In this document: positions 58,425 through 64,000 of the stretch, piece by piece
How the letters are laid out: every line of letters starts with the position of its first letter
Position numbering within the stretch: position 1 is the first letter of the stretch
From: a bacterium
Lineage (GTDB): Bacteria > Zhuqueibacterota > Zhuqueibacteria > Residuimicrobiales > Krinioviventaceae
Length of the DNA: 64,000 nucleotides
Reading direction: 5' to 3'
NCBI GenBank assembly: GCA_963693055.1
Contig: OY843751.1
Span: 1,216,001 to 1,280,000 of the forward strand
Notes under the pieces: generated by a model
The model's database searches: none
What the model was told of the DNA's origin: nothing
The model's input: only the letters and a program-made list of their open reading frames with translations
Program-made: the position numbers and the translations under genes

Positions 58425-59174
58425 ATGAAGCTTTCTAGTCTGGATTTGAAATCCAGGAAAAATATCGAAAAAATAGCCATGCTTACGGCATATACAACAC
58501 CGGTCGCCAAATGTTTGGAGGCGGCCGGAATTCCGGTCATTCTGGTAGGAGATACAGTTGGCATGGTTGAGATGGGATTTGGCTCTACCCAATCGGTTAC
58601 GATTGACCATATGAAATATCATGTGTCTGCTGTGCGACGAGGGGCTCCCCATACCCATATCATTGGGGATATGCCCTATAAAAGCGATACGGATCAGGAA
58701 ACTGCATTAGATAGTGCAAAGCAACTATTGGATGCAGGTGCCGACAGTGTCAAACTGGAAGGCCCCAAATATGAAATAATCGAATATTTGGTCAGTCATG
58801 AAATTCCGGTTGTTGGTCATACAGGTCTAACACCGCAAACCGCACAGAATTTCAAGCAAGTGGGGAAGAATGAACAGGAAGCATCCCGAATATTGACAGA
58901 ATCACAGGGCATTGCCAATGCAGGGGCGTTTATGATAGTCCTGGAACATATCCCAAGTGAATTGGGTGACAATGTGACCCGCCAGATATCTATTCCTACC
59001 ATAGGTATTGGAGCGGGACCTGGTTGTGATGGGCAGGTTCTGGTTATAAATGACATGATTGGGCTTGATGATACCTGGCCGCCGTTTTCAAAACAATATG
59101 CGCATGTGAGTGATATTATTCACAAAGCAGCCAGCCAGTATAAAGATGAGGTGGAAAGGAACAGTTTTCCGTAG
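58425..59174 (+). CDS. panB: 3-methyl-2-oxobutanoate hydroxymethyltransferase
   Basis: IAMLTAY, ILVGDTVGMV, GDMPY, VKLEG, GHTGLTPQ, IPTIGIGAG..CDGQVLV. Confidence 0.93.
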   Translation: MKLSSLDLKSRKNIEKIAMLTAYTTPVAKCLEAAGIPVILVGDTVGMVEMGFGSTQSVTIDHMKYHVSAVRRGAPHTHIIGDMPYKSDTDQETALDSAKQLLDAGADSVKLEGPKYEIIEYLVSHEIPVVGHTGLTPQTAQNFKQVGKNEQEASRILTESQGIANAGAFMIVLEHIPSELGDNVTRQISIPTIGIGAGPGCDGQVLVINDMIGLDDTWPPFSKQYAHVSDIIHKAASQYKDEVERNSFP

Positions 59175-59222
59175 CGTCTTGGTGTTGTGAAAAACGATTG
59201 ACAAGCAAAGTCAGTTAATAAA

Positions 59223-59258
59223 ATCCTTCTCCTTCGTCAACAGGCGAAGGAAAAGGAT
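59223..59258. other. Stem-loop downstream of panB (terminator or REP-like)
   Basis: ATCCTTCTCCTTCG / CGAAGGAAAAGGAT near-perfect inverted repeat with only a weak T tail. Confidence 0.5.
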
Positions 59259-59333
59259 CTTAATCTCGGGGTAAACCATTCGTTGGATTTTGAATAAATT
59301 CTGAGTAGATGTGTACAAAAATAGGGGTGTACA

Positions 59334-60032
59334 ATGAAGCAGAATATCGATGTGGTATTGGAAAATCATTCGTTGAAATCAATGTTTAAATCAATGGGGC
59401 TTGATCTTGCCGTTGTTTTTGATGAAATTCCGGATGATCTTGAGCGTGAAAATGTAATGCTGCAGTATTTGTTGTCATGGGTAAACGTATATCAGGAATG
59501 TAAGAACCGAAAAGAGATGGAAGTGAAGGGATTCATTTTTCCACCAATTTCCTCTGGTTTAGATTTTGAAAATGATTGGTACCGGTTTGAGTGTTGGATT
59601 GAAAATAAAAAATTAACATTTACAATTCGTGAACGATTGTTGGATTTTAATTATATAACCAAAAATGTTGAGGAATTGTCGTATGATGATTTGATACATG
59701 AATTAAATTTATTGTACGAGTTGCTGAAATTTTCAAATATAGTTGTTGACAATACTAATGATGTTCCTCCTCAACTTGTTTATCAATATATATTGTCAAG
59801 TTTTGATGATGAATTTGATGTAATTGTTGATGGGTATTGGCATCTTGATGGGTGCAGCGGTTTTTGTCCGGGGTGTTTTCAACGTCCATGGTGTGAGCTA
59901 GGTATATGTTCGTGTTGGCGGGAGGATGAAGAACAGGGTGATATGGTGATTGAAAAGCTGGCAAGAAAATTTGTGAGCCCAAGCCCAATTTCTTTGGAAT
60001 TATTACAAAAAAGTCAGGCACAAAAAGAGTAG
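59334..60032 (+). CDS. Hypothetical acidic protein with a Cys-rich C-terminal motif
   Basis: 232-aa ORF preceded by AGGGG; WHLDGCSGFCPGCFQRPWCELGICSCW. Confidence 0.7.
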   Translation: MKQNIDVVLENHSLKSMFKSMGLDLAVVFDEIPDDLERENVMLQYLLSWVNVYQECKNRKEMEVKGFIFPPISSGLDFENDWYRFECWIENKKLTFTIRERLLDFNYITKNVEELSYDDLIHELNLLYELLKFSNIVVDNTNDVPPQLVYQYILSSFDDEFDVIVDGYWHLDGCSGFCPGCFQRPWCELGICSCWREDEEQGDMVIEKLARKFVSPSPISLELLQKSQAQKE

Positions 60033-60115
60033 GAAATAGAAGCCTTTTTGAATGATCGTAATGATTCAATGGAGCCCTGTTTTTAAATTAAAAGAAGTGA
60101 AAAAAAATAAAGGTT

Positions 60116-60496
60116 ATGATGGTGAGAAAGAGAAAGATTAACAGCGCGCATGTTTTGGCTGCCTTTATAGTCATTGCTTTGGGCATAGTATTTATCCAGT
60201 TTAAAAGTGATGTAATTGTAATCAGCCATATTAAAGGTTCATACACCGGGGACCAATTCAAGATTCGGTTTACGGCAAAAAACAATTCAAACAAAACCGT
60301 TTATTGTACCTTTTTACTCAAAGCAGTTGAAGCTTCAACAAATTATGATAAGCAACATTCAATTTTAGGAAACAAGATAATAACTGTACATTTTTATCCC
60401 AATGAAACACTCGAGATCAAAGAAAGTTTTGAAATTGTATCAACATATAAAAGAAAAAGTGCACAGGTTTTTATACAAAAAATAAGCTATGATTAG
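60116..60496 (+). CDS. Hypothetical membrane-anchored protein
   Basis: One N-terminal hydrophobic segment followed by a beta-rich domain. Confidence 0.55.
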   Translation: MMVRKRKINSAHVLAAFIVIALGIVFIQFKSDVIVISHIKGSYTGDQFKIRFTAKNNSNKTVYCTFLLKAVEASTNYDKQHSILGNKIITVHFYPNETLEIKESFEIVSTYKRKSAQVFIQKISYD

Positions 60497-60610
60497 CTAT
60501 AGGGGGATCAACAATCACCAATTGCTTGTTTTGGAACATTTTTTTTATATATTAGTTGTATTCAGTTACTTGTGTAATATCTGTAAACCTTTCAGGTTAA
60601 AAATATCCGG

Positions 60611-62014
60611 GTGGTTATGAATCCAATTGTATTAAAATTTCATATCCGTGCGATCCGTAATTATATCCGTTCCCGACTGGACTGGATAACCGTAATAGAA
60701 ATCTTGTTGTTTGGCGGATTTCTCGTCTATTATGTACTGGGCTCTTTGCATGCTCAGTTTGAGAATGTACTACTCAAACAGGGAGTAGGGGCTGCATGGA
60801 ACGCTTTTTATCGCAATCAGGCAATAGCGTTGTTGATATTTCTACCCAGTGGAATGGCCTTTGCCCGCAAACAACTAGCCAGTCCCGGCCATCAGGTTCT
60901 TTTAGTTATGCCAATGACCATGTATCGGGCTTGCTCTACAATTGTTGACCAGATTTTGTTCAGTTGGGCACTTTTATTACCGATATGGATTGGATTTCTA
61001 TTCAGTTTTATATTTCAGGTACAAACGGATACTGTCGAGTTTATAACCATAATTGTTTACCATACGCTGATTTTTTTGAGTCCTGTGTTGCTGGGGATGT
61101 TTATCTGGACTGCCTGGAAATCCACAAGATTAAAACACGGAGTGCTGCGCTGGTTCAATACCCTTGTTTTGATCTCGGTGCTAACAGCGATTGTATTGTT
61201 GAGTGCCTACAATCACAAAATGCACCATTGGATAGTGCATACACTGATCACATTGGGCTTGTTGGTACTGTCGCGTTCACTGATCATTCATCAACTCGTG
61301 AATTTATATACTGAAATCCCGGACAAGCTCATATCTCAAAAATGGAATATTTATTGGCCCTTTATGTTCTGGATACGCGTATACATGTTTTTTACACCAA
61401 AAGGCATTCGTCCGTTTGTGCGCAAAGACACGTTATACATACTTCGACGATACAAAGTTTATGCATTGATGGTCCCGGCATTTATGATAGCAATTGTTGC
61501 TGGCATCTTTCATGTAAAAACCTTTGATGAAGCCATGCAATGGATGCTGTCCATATCCATCGCATCCGGGTATGTATTTGCAAATATGGCTTTCCGGTTC
61601 AGCGACCAGGGCTGCGAGTTGTTATTTGTTGTGCGTTCACAGCCTGTTTCCATGAAACGATACTGGTTTGCCAAGTTTTGGGATGCTTTGCTGCCAGTTA
61701 TCTGGATCACCGGGGTGGGAAGTATTGCGATGTTCTTGATACCCGATTTTAATCTGGTTATTTATTTACGAATACTATTAGCAGCAGTTTTTATTAATGT
61801 TACGTTGGTTTTTGTTCAAACCAACTTTGCGCTATATTCTTATCCCTATACCCGTTACGCCAGTATGTGGTATAATTTGTATCTGATAATGGGAGTTTTG
61901 TTTTTTACTATACTGTTGTTTCCACCGCTTTCAATAGCCTTTTGGCTATTTGGTTATTTTGCAATTTTTAGAGTGCTTAAACAGCTCAAACAAACGGATG
62001 TGCTTTATGATTAA
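60611..62014 (+). CDS. Putative ABC-2 type exporter permease
   Basis: Polytopic membrane protein; FVRKD...ILR and SQPVS...WFAKF motifs; overlaps the downstream ATPase. Confidence 0.7.
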   Translation: MVMNPIVLKFHIRAIRNYIRSRLDWITVIEILLFGGFLVYYVLGSLHAQFENVLLKQGVGAAWNAFYRNQAIALLIFLPSGMAFARKQLASPGHQVLLVMPMTMYRACSTIVDQILFSWALLLPIWIGFLFSFIFQVQTDTVEFITIIVYHTLIFLSPVLLGMFIWTAWKSTRLKHGVLRWFNTLVLISVLTAIVLLSAYNHKMHHWIVHTLITLGLLVLSRSLIIHQLVNLYTEIPDKLISQKWNIYWPFMFWIRVYMFFTPKGIRPFVRKDTLYILRRYKVYALMVPAFMIAIVAGIFHVKTFDEAMQWMLSISIASGYVFANMAFRFSDQGCELLFVVRSQPVSMKRYWFAKFWDALLPVIWITGVGSIAMFLIPDFNLVIYLRILLAAVFINVTLVFVQTNFALYSYPYTRYASMWYNLYLIMGVLFFTILLFPPLSIAFWLFGYFAIFRVLKQLKQTDVLYD

Positions 62015-62732
62015 AATTCAAAATCTGTCAAAAAAATATGATCGTACCCAGGCTTTGGATGATTTTTCATTGTCCATTGGCAGGGGAGAGTTTTGGGGAC
62101 TCATTGGTCCCAATGGAGCAGGTAAAACGACGTTGTACAAGAGTTTGTTGGGATTATTAACCATTGACAACGGAACCATTATTATTGACGGAAAAAAAGT
62201 TGATAAACATCCCGAGCATGTAAAAAAAATAATAGGATATGCAGCCGAACCACCGGTATTGTACGAATATCTTACCGGACCAGAGTTTCTCGAGTTTACC
62301 GGAACGTTGAATGGTATTGAAAAGAATGAATTGATACCAAAAATCAACCATTTATTAAAAGATTTTGACCTGGAATTCAAGAGCAAAGATCCGATTGCTG
62401 ATTATTCTCATGGTATGCGTAAAAAAATATCATTGGCTGCTGCCTTTCTCAAGGAACCCTCAATATTGTTGTTGGACGAGCCAACAAACGGTTTGGACGC
62501 TGAAAGCATTTACAATTTAAAGAACCATTTGTTGTCTTTTCGGGATAAAGGTGTTACATTGCTCTTGTCGTCTCATATCATTGATACAGTTGAAAAATTG
62601 TGCAGCCATGTTGCTATAATCAACAAGGGACGAATCATTTATAAAGATACAATTGATAATATTTATAACGCGCTGGGTCCCGGTGAGACACTGGAGACTT
62701 TATTAATTCGTATATTAAAAGAATTCGAATAA
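62007..62732 (+). CDS. ABC transporter ATP-binding protein (ABC-2 type)
   Basis: GPNGAGKTT Walker A, YSHGMRKK signature, LLLDEPTNGLD, SSH. Confidence 0.95.
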   Translation: MIKIQNLSKKYDRTQALDDFSLSIGRGEFWGLIGPNGAGKTTLYKSLLGLLTIDNGTIIIDGKKVDKHPEHVKKIIGYAAEPPVLYEYLTGPEFLEFTGTLNGIEKNELIPKINHLLKDFDLEFKSKDPIADYSHGMRKKISLAAAFLKEPSILLLDEPTNGLDAESIYNLKNHLLSFRDKGVTLLLSSHIIDTVEKLCSHVAIINKGRIIYKDTIDNIYNALGPGETLETLLIRILKEFE

Positions 62733-62762
62733 ATTACGGTATGATATTTTACAGGAAGTTTT

Positions 62763-64000
62763 ATGAGAAAAGAGATTAAAGGAATTCTGGTTGTCCTGGT
62801 TTTAATTTTTATCAGTATTTCTTACAGTTTTTCTGCAACAATCACGGTTGTGTATCCGCGTGAAGGGACAACTTTAAGTGCCGCTCCGAACGATTCCATG
62901 TTTGTATTCGGGCAGGTAACTCCATTTTCCGCGTCTTTGACCATTAATAATGAAAAGGTCAGAGTTTATGAGAACGGAACGTTTCTGGCTTATGTACCTG
63001 TAACTGAAGGTGATTTTGTGTTCCATTGTGCCGTAGCAGCAGGTAGTGACAGCAGCTTTGTTGACCGTCATGTAACCGTTCGTCCTGTTGCAAAAACTGT
63101 GAATTCGGATTCTTTGCTGATACTGCAAAATACATTGTCTCCATCTGTTGATTATGAACTAATGGCGGGGGATTTGTACCGGGTCTCTTTTCAGGGAGTG
63201 CCCGGCTGTAAAGCGTATTTCGAGATTGCTGGCATTACCGGTCCCGTTCCCATGCAGGAATTGCCGCCAGAACAGGATACCTATTGGGGAGAAGTGATTT
63301 TTGGCGAGGCAAAACAAACGTCTCAAATACCAGTAAAAGGCAGATACGCGGGCAGTTATCTGATCCAATCAGGCGATTATGGTTATATGCGTCCGACGAA
63401 TGTTTATCTTGTTGATGATAATGGAGATACTCTAAGCTTAACATTACCGGGTAAATTGTCAGTAATGGACAGCCGGTTTCCCTATATGGTGGAGACTGTG
63501 GAGCGTGAAAATGTTTTGCGCACTGCACAGGGATGCGGATATTACTATTTCGTACCCCAGGGAGTGAATTTATGGATTACCGGGCGAAAGGGGGAATATT
63601 TACGGGTACGGTTATCGAATGTGGAAGAGGCCTGGGTACCCCGTTATTTTACCCGTCCCTTGCCGCAGGGCTCAGTTCCGCCACAGACTATAGTTCATAC
63701 TGTTAGAACCCAACTCTTTCCTGATAAAAGCCGGGTGCGCGTCTTTACGGGTACACGACTGCCGTATAGAATAGAGCAGGACCCCAAATCACATACAATT
63801 ACCATATTCATGTACGGTGTGTTATCTGATACGGATTGGATCCGTCAGGAATTTGGAGATTCCAATATTCGTGATATTCGCTGGAGTCAGGATGCACCCG
63901 GCAGTTATCGGTTGATCATAGAGCTGGCTCATCAAAATCAGTGGGGTTATAATGCAGGTTACGATGAGCAGGACCATTTTTACATAGACATCAAACGTCC
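62763..64000 (+). CDS. Probable N-acetylmuramoyl-L-alanine amidase, N-terminal part (runs off the window; absent from the ORF track)
   Basis: My own translation, open to the window end: MRKEIKGILVVLVLIFISISYSFSATITVVYP...NGTFLAYVP...ITGRKGEYLRVRL...IRWSQDAPGSYRLIIEL..QNQWGY...IDIKR. This resembles the region preceding Amidase_3 domains; the catalytic domain is not visible. Confidence 0.6.
   Translation, partial: MRKEIKGILVVLVLIFISISYSFSATITVVYPREGTTLSAAPNDSMFVFGQVTPFSASLTINNEKVRVYENGTFLAYVPVTEGDFVFHCAVAAGSDSSFVDRHVTVRPVAKTVNSDSLLILQNTLSPSVDYELMAGDLYRVSFQGVPGCKAYFEIAGITGPVPMQELPPEQDTYWGEVIFGEAKQTSQIPVKGRYAGSYLIQSGDYGYMRPTNVYLVDDNGDTLSLTLPGKLSVMDSRFPYMVETVERENVLRTAQGCGYYYFVPQGVNLWITGRKGEYLRVRLSNVEEAWVPRYFTRPLPQGSVPPQTIVHTVRTQLFPDKSRVRVFTGTRLPYRIEQDPKSHTITIFMYGVLSDTDWIRQEFGDSNIRDIRWSQDAPGSYRLIIELAHQNQWGYNAGYDEQDHFYIDIKR

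Overview
A gene-dense bacterial window with almost all genes on the + strand. It probably comes from a non-Bacteroidetes FCB-group organism such as KSB1 or Calditrichota; this is inferred from T9SS-type C-terminal domains and a PorV homologue together with ordinary GGAG Shine-Dalgarno sites. Five blocks are present. (1) 1-20088: a LacI-associated locus for sulfated fucose or L-galactose glycans, with GH95-like, GH29 and two GH43-like enzymes, four Tat-exported sulfatases, an SGNH esterase, FucP and an oxidative L-sugar pathway that includes tagaturonate epimerase UxaE. (2) 20140-33878: the best candidate for an undescribed system, a putative extracellular DNA/RNA capture-and-uptake locus. It encodes a secreted EEP nuclease, a lipoprotein DEDDh exonuclease, a non-catalytic triple OB-fold surface protein, a TonB-dependent receptor without SusD, a PorV paralogue with a CTD-bearing candidate cargo, and two further lipoproteins. 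(3) 34113-45396: a complete heme cluster, hemX-A-C-D-E-N-H-Y-B-L. (4) 45528-52353: a porin, two Hsp20 genes behind a candidate sigma-54 promoter followed by a short DnaJ gene, and accessory genes. (5) 52466-64000: GH38 plus an unknown secreted enzyme, panB, an ABC exporter and a partial amidase. A ~90-bp three-hairpin repeat with covarying stems occurs as four full or partial copies (43771-44082 and 51035-51124). No rRNA, tRNA, CRISPR array or transposase was seen. All calls come from reading motifs by eye; no database search was run.
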